Assembly: GCA_001643675.2 (NCBI GenBank)
Contig: LSRY02000010.1
Coordinates: 1,736,001 to 1,800,000, forward strand
DNA length: 64,000 nt
Source: Monocercomonoides exilis PA203
Taxonomy: Eukaryota; Protista; Preaxostyla
Direction: 5' to 3'
The notes under the pieces were generated by a model, which was not told the DNA's origin, did no database searches, and saw only the letters and a program-made list of their open reading frames with translations. The position numbers and the translations under genes were made by a program. The first letter of the stretch is position 1, and every line of letters begins with the position of its first letter. Below, in pieces: positions 1 to 12,699 of this stretch.

Positions 1-889
1 TGATAACTTGCCTTTGCAATTTATAACGAAATTTGTTGTTTCATTCCTTATTGAGTTGTGTTTGTGTTGTCTTATTAGCTTGCTTAAAAGGTCACACTTG
101 TTGAGATATGATGAGCTTTGCTTGTTTTTCTGTTTTTTTCTTTTTCTTATTCTTTTTTTTTTTTAAATAACTTTATTTTTCATACTTTTGTGTTAATTTT
201 TTAAACGTTTTTCTTTAAAATGTCAAGCCAATTTGTTTTTGAATTTTTCTTCTGTTTTATTCTTTCAATTGTTGTTCATGTTGACAATATCACGGCTTCG
301 GTGCTAAAAGAGTTAACGTTATTTTTTCAAAGTCATTCTTTCTTTTTTAATTTCGAAGCCCGTTACATAAAACTCAAAGCTTTCATAAATACTAAATGTA
401 TATCAGCAAATATTTAATGTATCAAAAAAAGGTGAATAAATGTGTCGTGTAGTGATTTCTTATTTTAATTTGTTTCTCACTGGGATATGGAAGACGACAT
501 GATGAAAGAGAAGTGAATGTGGTATGAGCAGTGATATCCAAACGAATGATTAAGAAAGAAGATGAGAGAAAGCACACAAAAATTAATGAATAAAACCATT
601 CAAATGCTGAGTTTGACACAAAATATCATCCAATCAAAAAATATTCAACTCATAAAATAATAAGTGTAAATCATCAAAGAAGGGATGAAAATTGAATCAT
701 ATGTATTGTCAGCAATCATTATGGTCTATTCTTCATTCTTGTGAATCTCGACAGAAATCTTGCAAATCAAAATCAAAAATACATGCTTCCATGTGTTGGT
801 AAACCTCTTTTCTTTTGCATTATTGTCAAGCATAATATCTTCTCTCATTCTTCTTTCTTCGCCTTCATTCATCAATCTCTGTCCTTAAT

Positions 890-3394
890 TTACTCGTCAA
901 CTGGCTGTCCGTTCTGTTGGGCCTCGAACAACACCTGCTGAGCTTCCTTGACTTTCCCTTTCAGTTCGGCAACATTCTCCACAAGTGTGATCAGCTCAGT
1001 AGTTTCCAACTCCAGAAGCATACCTGTGATCTTACCAGCATTAGCAGCATCAAGAATCTGGATCTGTGGGAACAGGGCTTCACCCAGATGTTGCTTCTGC
1101 TCTTCCACGCTCATGTCAGCAAGGGCAGTTGAATCGATGGTAAGTGGGCGGAGTTGACCGTCACCAGCACCCACCAAGCCAGCAGTCGATGGAGAGCCTG
1201 AGCCATCCGCACTTCCAGCAGAGTGCGAAGCAGGCGAAGAAACAGACGAAGTTGGCTGAGATGGAGGTGATTGTGTTCCAGCAAGAGAAGCAGAGCTGGC
1301 TGAGACTGGAGTCTCGGGAGTAGATGGACCCACACCTGCTGCTGTGCCTGTGGCTCCACCAGAGACACTGCCAGTGACACCTGGGAGTGGAGAGCCTTGT
1401 GTGTGGGTGGATGTCATTGATGGTGATGAAATTGTTGTGGCGGGGGTGACTTGTCCCATTCCTCCTGCAACGCCTGGCATGGCACCGTATCTTTGCTGTT
1501 GGTACATGTATTGGTTGGGGTATTGATGATGTCCTTGTCCATAGGCGTATCCCTTTTGTCCCATCATCTGTCCCATTTGTGCACCACCACGTGCTTGCCC
1601 CATTCCCATTCCGTATCCAACACCTCCTCTTCCGCCCATCATCATCATCTGGTTTGCTCCCATGAATGGCATGGAGTTCTGTCCGACGAATGGAGCAAGT
1701 CTGTATCCAGGCTGTCCCATCAGCATTCCATTTGCACCATAGCCAGATGAAGGTGATCCAGTTGAGGTTGGTGAAGAGAATGATCCCAAAGACGAAGGAG
1801 ACGAAGATCCAACAGCTGTTGATGAAGGAGATGATGCGCTGACTGCTCCAGACACAGCTGAGCCTGGCGATCCAGCAGCACCTGTGGCGGGACTTTGAGA
1901 CATTCCGTTGCGACCAGCTGCTCCAAAGCCATAAGCTGCACCTCCGTTGCGGGCCATTCTCTGTTGTTGCAAGAGAAGTGTCATCATTGCTTGTGGGGTG
2001 AGTCCACCTGCTTGTCCGTGGCGAGAGCTTTGCTGCATTGCAAGCATCATCTGTTGCACAAAACGTGGGTTGGACATGAGCATCTGCATGTTGGCGAATG
2101 GGTTGGAAACTGCTCCTGCATGTCCAGCAGCTCCACGGCCAGATCCCATGACACCACCACTTCTTCTCTGAAGTAAGTATTGTGTTCTTTCTTCTTTTGT
2201 CTGGCAGTAGTTGACATACAATTCTTTCTCTTCTTCGATCTCTTCTGTTTCATTATTATCTTCATCAAGCTTCTTCTTGGTGCTTGGAACTTTAACACCG
2301 TTCATCTCAAGATACGCTTTTCTTGCCTCATCATCAGTAGAGAAGCAAACAAAGCCGAATCCTCTTGAAATTCCGCTTGATTCAGACTTCATCACTTTTG
2401 CTGAGGTAATCTTTCCGAAGCGTGAGAAGAGTTCTTTCAAATCATCATCAGTGAAATGAGCAGGGAAGCCTCTGACGTACAAGTTGCGGAATCTGGTGGC
2501 TTCCTTCAATTGCTTCTTATAACGCATTCTTTCCCACATTGAACGTGCAATTGATACTTTCAATGGAACGATTGTTTGCTTGCTTGAGGAAGATTCGGAT
2601 GAAGAACTTGCCTTTTCAGTTGATTCAGACATCAAGCAAAATCCTTCAATCTCTTTTCCGTTCATCTCCTTTACGCATTTTTCGGCTTGCTCTTGCTCTT
2701 CAAACCAAACAAAACCAATGATTCTTCCTAATCCATCTTTTGATTTTTGGACAGTTGTTTTTGTAACTTTTCCGCATTGTTCCATTTCCTTTGCCAAGCG
2801 CTCTTCATTTACTGAAGCCAGGAAATTGGTAACATAAACAGTTTTGTGAACTGTTTCTGTTGGTGGTCTTGAAGGTTCAACGGTGATTGTTCTGCCTTCA
2901 ACTTCAGTTCCATTGAATTTTGCGATGGCTTTATCAGCATCTTCTTTGGTCTGATATTGAACATAACCATGTGCACCTGCATTTGTTCCGTACACATATT
3001 CGGACACACGGCATGACATAACTGTTCCAACGTCTGAAAAGAGATCATGAAGCTTCTTTGTTTCATATGACGGAGGAAGGTTCTTGATAAAAATGTTTCC
3101 AATTCCGCTCTTGCGCAATGAAGGATCTGACTGATACCACATCATTCGAACTGGACGCCATCCTTCTTGAATTACAGAATAGTTCATTTTCTCCAAAACC
3201 ACAGCAGCATCTTCAGCCTTTTGGAAGTTAAGGTATCCATATCTCAATGATGCATATGGATAGTTATGATCTCTGCAAATTTTGATGTGAGTTGGAACAT
3301 GTTCCGGAAGTTTCTCTTGGAAATATTTTTCGAGTTGTTCTTGTGTTAAAGACTCATGAAGATCACCAATAAACAGCGAATATTGTCTGTCCAT
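890..3394 (-). CDS. PABP: Cytoplasmic poly(A)-binding protein (4 RRMs, low-complexity linker, MLLE/PABC domain); intronless; ATG at 3394 (alternative 3406)
   Basis: RRM motifs SLFIGDL/YGYLNF, RKSGIGNIFIKNL, IGFVWF, NLYVRGF/SRGFGFVCF; C-terminal QKQHLGEALFPQI...KITGMLLE. The TTG start of the ORF track (3439) is unlikely. Confidence 0.95.
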   Translation of the reverse strand: MDRQYSLFIGDLHESLTQEQLEKYFQEKLPEHVPTHIKICRDHNYPYASLRYGYLNFQKAEDAAVVLEKMNYSVIQEGWRPVRMMWYQSDPSLRKSGIGNIFIKNLPPSYETKKLHDLFSDVGTVMSCRVSEYVYGTNAGAHGYVQYQTKEDADKAIAKFNGTEVEGRTITVEPSRPPTETVHKTVYVTNFLASVNEERLAKEMEQCGKVTKTTVQKSKDGLGRIIGFVWFEEQEQAEKCVKEMNGKEIEGFCLMSESTEKASSSSESSSSKQTIVPLKVSIARSMWERMRYKKQLKEATRFRNLYVRGFPAHFTDDDLKELFSRFGKITSAKVMKSESSGISRGFGFVCFSTDDEARKAYLEMNGVKVPSTKKKLDEDNNETEEIEEEKELYVNYCQTKEERTQYLLQRRSGGVMGSGRGAAGHAGAVSNPFANMQMLMSNPRFVQQMMLAMQQSSRHGQAGGLTPQAMMTLLLQQQRMARNGGAAYGFGAAGRNGMSQSPATGAAGSPGSAVSGAVSASSPSSTAVGSSSPSSLGSFSSPTSTGSPSSGYGANGMLMGQPGYRLAPFVGQNSMPFMGANQMMMMGGRGGVGYGMGMGQARGGAQMGQMMGQKGYAYGQGHHQYPNQYMYQQQRYGAMPGVAGGMGQVTPATTISSPSMTSTHTQGSPLPGVTGSVSGGATGTAAGVGPSTPETPVSASSASLAGTQSPPSQPTSSVSSPASHSAGSADGSGSPSTAGLVGAGDGQLRPLTIDSTALADMSVEEQKQHLGEALFPQIQILDAANAGKITGMLLELETTELITLVENVAELKGKVKEAQQVLFEAQQNGQPVDE

Positions 3395-3698
3395 TCTTCT
3401 ATACATCAACAACACCAAAGAAAAGAATTTTAATTTCAAATATTCAAATGATACGAAAATTAAATGATACGACAGAAAGACTTGTTAAATAAAGCTAAAA
3501 ATTGCTAATTTCCAAATAAAAATGGTAGATAAAAACATTTACATAAAAAATATTTCGCTTCTATATTCAACACCCCTTCTATAGCACATACTTGACTTAA
3601 AGATCTCAGCCTGAGAAATTTGGCCAAACAGGGAATTATTTTTTTCAACAATAAGGGGACATGATCATTAAATTGGGGTTGAAGCTATTCATACCACA

Positions 3699-4872
3699 AT
3701 GAACGGTGATTATTGCACGGATGACAAACTCACCATTGAGCATGAAGGCAGTGTGCCTTCTTTTTACGAGTACTATTGTCATCTCATGCTTCCATGGGCC
3801 AAGACGGCACCAAATCCTTCGGAGTACCTTGTGCAAGCTTTAACTCAATTTCTTGCTCAGCTGGCGAATCTGGACTTTTCTTTTATGTTGGAGCATGTTT
3901 ATAACATAGTACAGTATTTTGCGCTTGACGAAGAGGTTTTTTTTTTTAATAATTCAATAAATTATTTATTGCTCTGTTTTTTATTGGGTTATAGAGTATG
4001 TTACTTAGCTTAATAACCCTGCATCGCTACATCAAGGCTGCAAAAGAAAATTTGAAAGTGTCAACTCTTTCAGATTTATTTTCCATGCTAACAGTCTGCA
4101 TTGTTCTTGCGCTTAAGGTTTGCTTCTTTTTTTTAAGTTGAATTATATAAGAATAAAATTGAATTCCTATTGATTCGGAATTTCTTTTTCATTACAGGGT
4201 TTAAATGATGCTCCTTTAAATTTTGGACTCATTGCTCGTGAACTTCAACTTGATCAAGTCAGCATTTACGAAATGGAAACTACAATTCTTTCAGCACTTG
4301 ATTACAATTTGTTCTATACCGAGGATGATGCAATTGAATTGAGTTATTTATTCCCTTCCGAAGGAATGATGTTGCTGTCTTACTCAAACCAAAAATCTTA
4401 CAATTTATTTTTGGATGAACCCATCAAGTCACAGCCTTCTCAATCAAATGTTACCAAAGACGCACCATACACATCCACTACGACTTATTCTACAGTTGAT
4501 CGGTTATGTCCACAATTCATTTCACTATCTGATTCATACTCCGAGGGACAAATATCAACATTCACATCACCTTCTTCTTATTCTGACTATTCTGAAGTGA
4601 CTGTATTGCCTCTTGCTGCTGCATCAACTGAAGATGCGACACAGCCATTGACACCCGTGTCCCAGATCTCCACAGCATCAGCTCCAATGGCAACTTCCGC
4701 ATTGCCTTCTCTCTCTTCTCCGTCTGATCTCTCTTCTCCCACTCCTTCTGTGACTGTTGCTGCTGTTGTGTGTGCACCGTCAATGCCTTTCACTGGCCTC
4801 TCTTCATCTGAATGTATTGCTCCGGTCATTGGAGCGCCTCATACGCGACTGCTATGCAAAGTCGGGTGCTAA
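3699..4872 (+). CDS. Cyclin-box protein, Pho80/Pcl/cyclin-U-like, with S/T/P-rich (PEST-like) tail; 3 exons (introns 3936-3994, 4118-4197)
   Basis: Spliced frame reads ...LSLITLHRYIKA...MLTVCIVLALK|GLNDAPLNFGLIARELQLDQVSIYEMETTILSALDYNLFY. This matches cyclin-box helices 3-5 (LAxK...D, ME..IL..LDY.L). GT-AG introns keep the frame. Confidence 0.75.
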
Positions 4873-7298
4873 ATAAGACAAGACTTTGTCTTATATATCT
4901 TTGAATTTTTTGTGAATTCGAAGGATTATCTTATGTTTGATGCTGTTTTGTGTTACAGCTTTTGTTGTTAGCAACTGCAAGTTTATTTGTTTTGAAAAGG
5001 CAATTATTCACTATTTCTCTGTAAGAGGAAAATGAAGAAGAAGAAAGTCTTTTGTTGGAAATTAATTGAAGATATTTGTTAAATTGATTGTTGATATGTA
5101 TGATGCTTATAATTGCATTGAGACTTCCAAGGGACACTGAGAACAACCGATTGGTTATTTATTGTTAGAGCTATTGAATTACTTCATTTTTTTGGATTGG
5201 AAATTGACTTTGCATTGTTTTATATCAGTATTTTTTGAATATCTTTAGCTGCATTCACGTAATCTGCCTTTTATGTGAAAGTAACGAATTCTTCAGTAAT
5301 TTCTTCATTTGATTTTTTTTTTTTTTATCTTCTTCATTTTCTTCTCTTCTTCTGCTTCTTAATCCTTTCTTCTCGTTATCTGTCCCTTATGGCACATGAA
5401 ATGGTTTCTATTATATTTCATGATTTTATGGTGTATTTTGGTGTTGCATTCGATTACAAGCATTTTATTTAACATTTAATTTTTTGGGTTGGTTTTCAGT
5501 TTTTATTAAATTTTTTTCGTTTTTGTTTCCTTTTGCTTTCTTTTTTTTCTTTTGAATTTTTGATCATTTTCTATTATTATTTTATTTGCATATTTTTTTA
5601 TGAATTGTTTTTGTTGTATTCGAATAAAAATGTTTTCATTGAATTTAATTGTTTTTGAACGCTCTTTCACAAAAATTGGATTTCAGTTTCTATTTTACTT
5701 ATTTATTTGTTTTTCGTTAATAAATTTTTTAATCATATCCCGTTTTTTTCGTTAAAATTTGGTTTTATTTTATTTAATAGTTTGGCATGTTTTATGTGTT
5801 TGTTTTAAGCATGAAGCTATTTTGAGAATGAAGTTGTGAATTTCCTTTTCTTGAATGGTTTGCTTAGTCGAAATCGAACCACACTTATTTCCTTATAAGT
5901 CTAATGTTTCTGTCTCAAGTTTCCCTCTTTCTTCTTCTTTTCTTCTTCTTCTTCTTTTTCTTCATCTTTTTCTTCATCTTTTTTTCTTCGTTTTATGATC
6001 AGCTGTTTCACGTTAACATTCACAATTGTTTATGCATAATTATCTATTCAACGGAAAACGAGAGATAACTTCTTTGCAATATTTTTCAGTGTGTTTCTTC
6101 ATTGTTACTTTTAACAGCAGGTTTATACCTATTCCACACGCACTGTGAGGTAACTTCCAATCTTCATTGAGCACTTTTTTCCACAGACATATTCTCTTTC
6201 AGTGGTTCTATCGAATTTCTTTTTTCTTTTTTCTTTTTTTTAATAAAATAAATAAAAGAATTAATATAAAAAAATAAATTGAAAAATTATTATTGAAGCA
6301 ATTGTTTCAATTGGCTTTTCTGTTGTTTGTTAATGTTTCTTGTTTCTTGTTTTTTTTGAATATGTTTTTCTTTTATTAAAAGGTTTCTGTTTGATATTAA
6401 ACGCTCATATAAATTTTGATTTTTATTTTATTTTATTTTTATTTATTTTTTTGAGTTTGCGTATTTTTCTGTGTTTTGGTTTTCGAATAATTATTCACAT
6501 TGAATGAAAAGTTAAGATCAACTTCTCAAATCTTTTTTCAATTTTCTTGTCTGAATTTTTATATTTTATTTTATTTTTCTTTCTTTTCTTCTGCTTCTCC
6601 TTTTTTTGTTTGAAAATGTTTTCTTTTTTCCGGAAAACTGAACTTGCTGGTCCTTTTTTTAGGAATCGTTGAGTGTTTTCGTTGGCGCTCTTTATGCCAC
6701 AGTTTAGTTCCTTTTCTTCTTTATGCACAGTTGTATTTTTATTCCACATGATTTTTTGATATTGGAATGGAAAAAAAACTGTTATCTTTTGAAATGTTGC
6801 TTATGATTTCCTCTTGCATCATATCCTTAATAATAAACTTCTTCTTCTTCTTCTTCTTCAAAGAAAAAATTATTTTATTTGTTTATTTTTTGAAAAGTTT
6901 TTATTTATTCAGTTTCATTTGTTACGCTCATTTCTGTTTTTTTAATTTTAATTTTTTTGAAGTTGATTTTGTTTGACTTAGTGAAAATATCTGGCTTTTT
7001 GGGCAGCAATTTCTCTCATCTCATTTGAAATTGCTTTTTATTTTGTTTTATCTTCAGGTTATTTTGATTGGGATTGTTTCAACAATATCGAGTTGAGATG
7101 GTGCTTTGACAAATTCATTTTAGATTTATTTGTCAAGTCATCAACTTTAATGAATCTGTAACATATATAAATAAAAATTGTCAAAAAAAATTGCTTTTTT
7201 TTTATTATTAACGAATAAAATGATTGATAAAATGAGAAAAATCATCTACATTGTTAATCAAAGAGAAATTTGAGTGAATGTTGATCATTCCATAATAA

Positions 7299-9374
7299 AT
7301 GTCTGACGGACGTTCAGTGAAAAGTTATCGAAGTTCTTCTGCGTCAACGCTAGAAGATTTCGATGAGGAAGCAACGGCAGTTGTTTTCACACCACGTTCT
7401 CAATCTGCTCGTTTGTAAATTGAACATTCAAGTTTTATGTATTTTGTTAACTGCGAAAATTTTTGTTTTTTACGAATATAAATTTTTGGCAAATATGCTT
7501 TCTAGTTAAAAAGCAAGGACTTCTTCCAGAAGATGTTTTAAAAAAGTCTATATCGTATTTTAAGAAAAAAGGTGTTCCACAAGAGCATGCTGAATTGATG
7601 TATGATCATTATGAAACCAAACGGCAACAAAAGCTTCAAAACGCGCGAGAAACTCGAAATCAATTAATAGAAAAGGAGCAAAAAACAGGAGATGAAGGAA
7701 CAATGAGAAGTACGACATCAGATGCAAAAATTGAAGCAGAGAGTTTGAAAATTGGTTTATTTTTGCATAAGAATTTGTTTTTTGCCAGGAATAAGACTTG
7801 AAAAAGTAAGAGCAAAGCGAGAGTCAGAGCTGCAACGACTTTTACAGCAAAATCAAGAATTTGCTGAAAAAGAAGCAGAAGAAAAGCGAAAAGCAGAAAA
7901 GGCTCAAAAAGAAGCGGAGGAACAGAGGAAGCGGGACTTAAAGGCACGAAGGCAAGCGCTTGAAGAAGCTGTTTGTAATTTTTTATGTTAAGTGATTTAA
8001 TGTTTTATTATTTATTAGAAAAGAGAAGAGAAAGAGAGAGAGAAAGCTGCAAGAGAAGAAAAGCGAAGGCTTGCCAAAGAAGCAGAGGAAAAAAGAAAAG
8101 CTGATGAGGAACTGAAAGAAAAAGAAAGGCAAAGAGACGTTTGCTAATTTTAATTCTATTATAAAGATTTATTTAACTTTTTTTTTTTTCTTTCAATATT
8201 AGGAAGAGATACGAAGGAAAAAGCAAGAGGAAACTCAAAGAAGACTTGACAAATTTGTTTGCATTTTTTTGGCTTTTCTCTTTTTCCATCTCTCGTTCAT
8301 TCATTTTATGCAAACTCTGTTTATTCTTTTCCCTCCATATTTCTCTGTTTTTATTTATGAAATTTTCAAAATATTTTGGAAATAATTTTTTTTTTCATTT
8401 GTGATGATTATTGATGGTGATCTCATTTGAATGAATATGTTCCATTGTGTTTCATGTGCATATTTCCAAATGCTTTTCTTCTTCTTCTTCTTCTTCTTCT
8501 TCTCCCACCCAAATTCCTTCCTTTATCCCTTCTTGCCTTATCTTTCTGTCAGTATGCTGGTCTGCGTCGTGTGGAAGAGGCGCAGAAAAAACAAGAAGCT
8601 GACCGCGAGGCACAGCAGAGGGAAGCAGAAGACAGAGAAAGAGCGAAGAAGGAGAAGCAGAGGAAGCAGGAGGAAGAGAGGCAAAGGGAACTCGAAGAGA
8701 AGAGAAGGAGGAAAGAGGAGAAAGTGGCGAGGGCAAAGCAGAGGGAGGTGTGATTATTGAGAGAAAATTATTAGAGCTTTCAAAACAAATTCGTTATTTT
8801 GAAATTTTCAATGACTTATTCTATTTTTTTTACCAATTCTTCACGTATTTTTATATTTTTTTTTCCATTTGTGAATTTTTTGTTGGATTGGAACCATATG
8901 TCTCAATAAACTTTCATTAATCATTGCAAATTTCTATATCATTTTATTTTATTTATTCATCCAGGACGAATTAGCTGAAGAGCGCCGGCAGAATCAGATG
9001 GAGCAGATCCGAAAGGCAGAAGAGCAGATGAGGGCGTTGCAGGAGAAGAGAGAAAGGGAAAAAAGAGAAAGTGAGCAGAAAGCAGCAGAGAAGCAGAGAG
9101 AGATGGAGGAGGCATTTCAAAGGATGGAGGAGCAGAATGAGGTATGAGAGAGGAAGAGAGAAAGAGAGAGAAAGAAAGATAAAAAAAAAGAGAGGGAGAA
9201 AGAAAGAAAGATGAGGAAAGGTTGTGGATGATTAGGGAGAATTGTGAGGAAGAAGAGTAGATTTGTTATTCTCTTTTTTTTTTCAATGTGAAATATTTTT
9301 GGGTTTTATTTCTTTTTCTTTTTTTTCTCTCTCTCTCGAAAATATTATATCCATTTCATTGTTTCATTCTTCAT

Positions 9375-9423
<49 letters not shown>

Positions 9424-12400
9424 TTTTTTTTTTTTTTTTTCATCATCCCAACTCAGCAACGCCGCAAAGCTGCGATGGACAAGCAGAAAGCTGCAGAAGA
9501 CCACATGAAGAAATACAAGCGCGAGCAGCAGAAAAGAGAGAGGCAGAAACAGTATGTGCGATTCTTATGCTGTTCTGTGAATGGAACGAATTAATTGTAT
9601 TTTTTCTTTTTTTTATTGTGAATTGGTTTTGATTTTTCTTAATTTTTCCACTTTTTTTGCTGATTTGTGATTATTTTTCACAAAAATGCTAACTTTTTCA
9701 AAAAAATCAATGTTTTTTTAATGAATTTTCTTTGAATGTTTTGTTTCAATACACTTATTTATGTGATTTCTTCTTCTTCTTCTCTCCTTCTCCATCTCAT
9801 TTAATCTCATTATATTCCATTCTATTCCACAGAAAAGAGGAAGAGCAGCGAAACAAAGAGCGCAGAGACCATCTGATGCAGATGTACCAGTCAGAAGCAG
9901 ACAGACAGCGGATGCTGAAGGAGAAGCAGGAAGAGAACGAAAGAAAGCAGAAGGAGCTGAGAGAAGAGAGAGAAAGAGAAAACGCTAAGAAAAGACTGCT
10001 GGAGAAGCTGAAGGAGGAAGACAAGAAGGAGGCGATTGAAAGGTTTTGTAGGAATTTATATTTTGGCTTTCTTTTTCTTTTCTTTTTCATTTTTTTTTTA
10101 TGTGCAATTGTGTTTTTATTTTTATTTACACGTTTTTTCAATTATTTCCTCACTCATTTCTTCATTCTATAAATCTGTTTCTCTTTTCGTTTCATGATTA
10201 ATGTGTTATCCTTACAATACAAAAAAAAAAATAATCACGCATTCATTTCAACAAAAACTTCCCCCCTCTTTCCGTTTTCCCTATTCCCTTTTCCCTTTTC
10301 CGTTCTTCAGGCAGCGCCGGATCGACCAGTTTGAGCGGGACGAGAAGATGCGGCAGCTGCGGGAGCAGCAGCGGCGGACAGAAGAGTTCGAGAAGAAGCG
10401 GCGGGACATGGTCGAAGAGCGGAAGCGCTTTGACCGCGAGTCGCAGCTGGAAAAAGACCGAATGCAGCAGCTTTTGTGGGAGATGCAGGTGACAAAGAAA
10501 CTCGACCGCTCCAAGCTGAATGCGACGCGGTCGTCGGCGCTTGGCACATCTGCACTGGGAGACACACAAGCTTCGCGCACGTCGGGTCTATCGTCTTCAA
10601 TGGGGCAGCGACGAACACAATCACGTTCTTATTCACAATCACAGTCACCTTCGAGAGAGAGGAGGGAGAGAGTGCTGTTAACGCCGCTGAGCCCTACAGC
10701 GAAGAATGGGAAGGGAGGAAGAGGAGGAGGAGGTGGTGGTGGTGGAGTGAGAGAGAGAGGAAGAGAGAATGAGAGGAGCAGCGGGACAAGGGCGAGGAGC
10801 GAGTCTTCGATGGCGGCGATTCCGTCGAGGCAGAACGGAAAGGGAAGAGAAGGAAGTAATAAGGGAACTAAAGGGAATAAAGGGAATGTTAGTAATGCAA
10901 GTGATGTTAGGAGAGGAAGAGGAGAGGAGAAAAGAGCGCAGACGGAGCTTGGAGGAAGGTACAAGGACAAGAAAGTGGCAGATTGGGATCATCCAGAGGG
11001 AGGAGATGAGGAAGGAGACGATGGATACGACAGACAGAGGAAGGGGAGCGATGGCAGGCCAGCGACTGTTATGGGGATTGCAGGTGATAATTCGAGCTCT
11101 TCTTCTTCTTCTTCTTCTTCAGAGGGGAGGATGGAAAGAGAGTATGCAGATGACTTTATGGAGAAAGCAGTGAAGGAGCATCAGAAGCAGAACAAAAATG
11201 CAGCCAAACAAAAAGGCGAAGAAGAACAGAAGGGAAATAAAACAAAGGACGAGACAAAAGAAGAAAACGAAGCAAACAGAATGGAAGGAGAAGGAGAAAG
11301 AGAAGGAGAAGGAGAAGAGGAAGAAGAAGAAGAAGAAAAGCCACTTTTGGTGTTTGAAGAAGACGAATGGGACGGAGCTGATCCAGAAGCGACTGCAGAA
11401 GCGATGCACATGATCGATCCACAGAAATATGCAGATATTCTTGTTGAAGCTGTTGATAGTGAAGAAGATGGAAAGGAGAAGGCAACAAATGAAGGAGAAA
11501 GAGGAGAAAGAGGAGAAGGAGAAGAGGTTGACAAAGAAGCAGTTGAAGAAGTTGCTTCAAAGATATCTTCAATCATGCAGAAGAAGAAAGAGAAAGATCA
11601 AAAAGCAAAAGAGAAACTGGAACAACACAAAGAAGAGAAGAAGAAGAAGAAGACCGTGAATGAAACAGCCACGAAAGTGTCATCTTTGCTGGAGAAGAAG
11701 AAGGCGAAGGATGAGAAAACGAGGCAAGAGATCGAAAAACACAGAAAAGAGAAGCTGGCGAAGCTGGAAGAGACGAAGGCGCTGAGGCAGAAAGGAGGGG
11801 CAGGGAATGAGAGCACGATCAGAGAAGAAGAGGAAGGAGAAGAGGAATTCGGAGAAGAAGGGAGCAAGAGAAGTGATGAAGAAGAGGAGAAGAAGAAGAA
11901 GAAGGAGAAGGAGAAGAATGAAGAAGTTGATGAGGAGGCGGTTGAGGAAGTGGCAGCGAAGATTTCGACGATTATGCAGAAGAAGAAAGAGAAAGATCAA
12001 AAAGCAAAAGAGAAACTAGAACAGCACAAAGAAGAGAAGAAGAAGCAAAAGAAGATCGACGAAACAGCCTCGAAAATATCATCTTTGTTGGAGCAGAAGA
12101 AAGCGAAGGATGAGAAAACGAAAAAAGAAATAGAAAAGCACAGAAATGAGAAGATGGCCAAGTTGCAAGAGACGGCTGAGCTGCGGAAGGGAAAAGGAGA
12201 CAGTCCGGATGCTGTGCAGAATGAGCAAATAACAGATGAAGGAGAAGGGGAAGGGGAAAGAGAGGGAGAAGAAGGAGAAGGAGAAGGAGAAGAGGAGTAT
12301 GAATATGAAGATGATTATGAAGAGGAGAAAGAGCAGGAGGAAGGAGATGGGCAGCAGAAGAGAGTGGGAGAGAAAGGAAATGAAGAAGAAGCAGCGGAGT

Positions 12401-12699
12401 CAGTTAATAAGGAAATGACAGAAGCGAATGGGATGACAGTGAGTGAAGAAGGAGAAGAGGAAGAGTATGAATATGAGGATGAATATGAAGAGGAAGGAGG
12501 AGGAGAAGGAGGAGGAGAAAAAAGAGAAGAAGGAAGAGGAGAAGGAGAAGGAGGAGGAGGGTATGGAAGAGAAAGGGGTTATAACAGTTCTGAAGAACAA
12601 ATAGCAGGATTGGAGCCTGGAATACAGGGAGTGCCAGAGGAGGAGGAAGAATATGAGTATGAAGACTACGAAGAGGAGAATGTGGTTACAGATGAATGA
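7299..12699 (+). CDS. Large E/K/R-rich coiled-coil protein with acidic tail; 10 exons (introns 7411-7505, 7743-7788, 7971-8018, 8139-8202, 8257-8552, 8748-8964, 9142-9456, 9552-9832, 10043-10310)
   Basis: Purine-rich exons join in frame through GT-AG introns from MSDGRSVKS to the long ORF ending at TGA 12699. Function not recognised. Confidence 0.75.
9376..9440 (+). repeat. (CT)n microsatellite followed by a poly-T tract in intron 7 of the coiled-coil gene
   Basis: Directly visible ctctctct... run then about 25 T. Confidence 0.9.
11521..12186 (+). repeat. Internal coding duplication of about 89 aa (11521-11787 and 11920-12186)
   Basis: EEVDKEAVEEVASKISSIMQKKKEKDQKAKEKLEQHKEEKKK...KLAKLEETKALR versus EEVDEEAVEEVAAKISTIMQKKKEKDQKAKEKLEQHKEEKKK...KMAKLQETAELR. 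Confidence 0.9.

Noticed and set aside
220-7000. Short F/L/I- or K-rich ORFs in intergenic DNA (e.g. 220-417, 5275-5472, 6495-6749, 6767-6976)
   Set aside because: Products of T- or A-rich UTR-like sequence with no coding signal.
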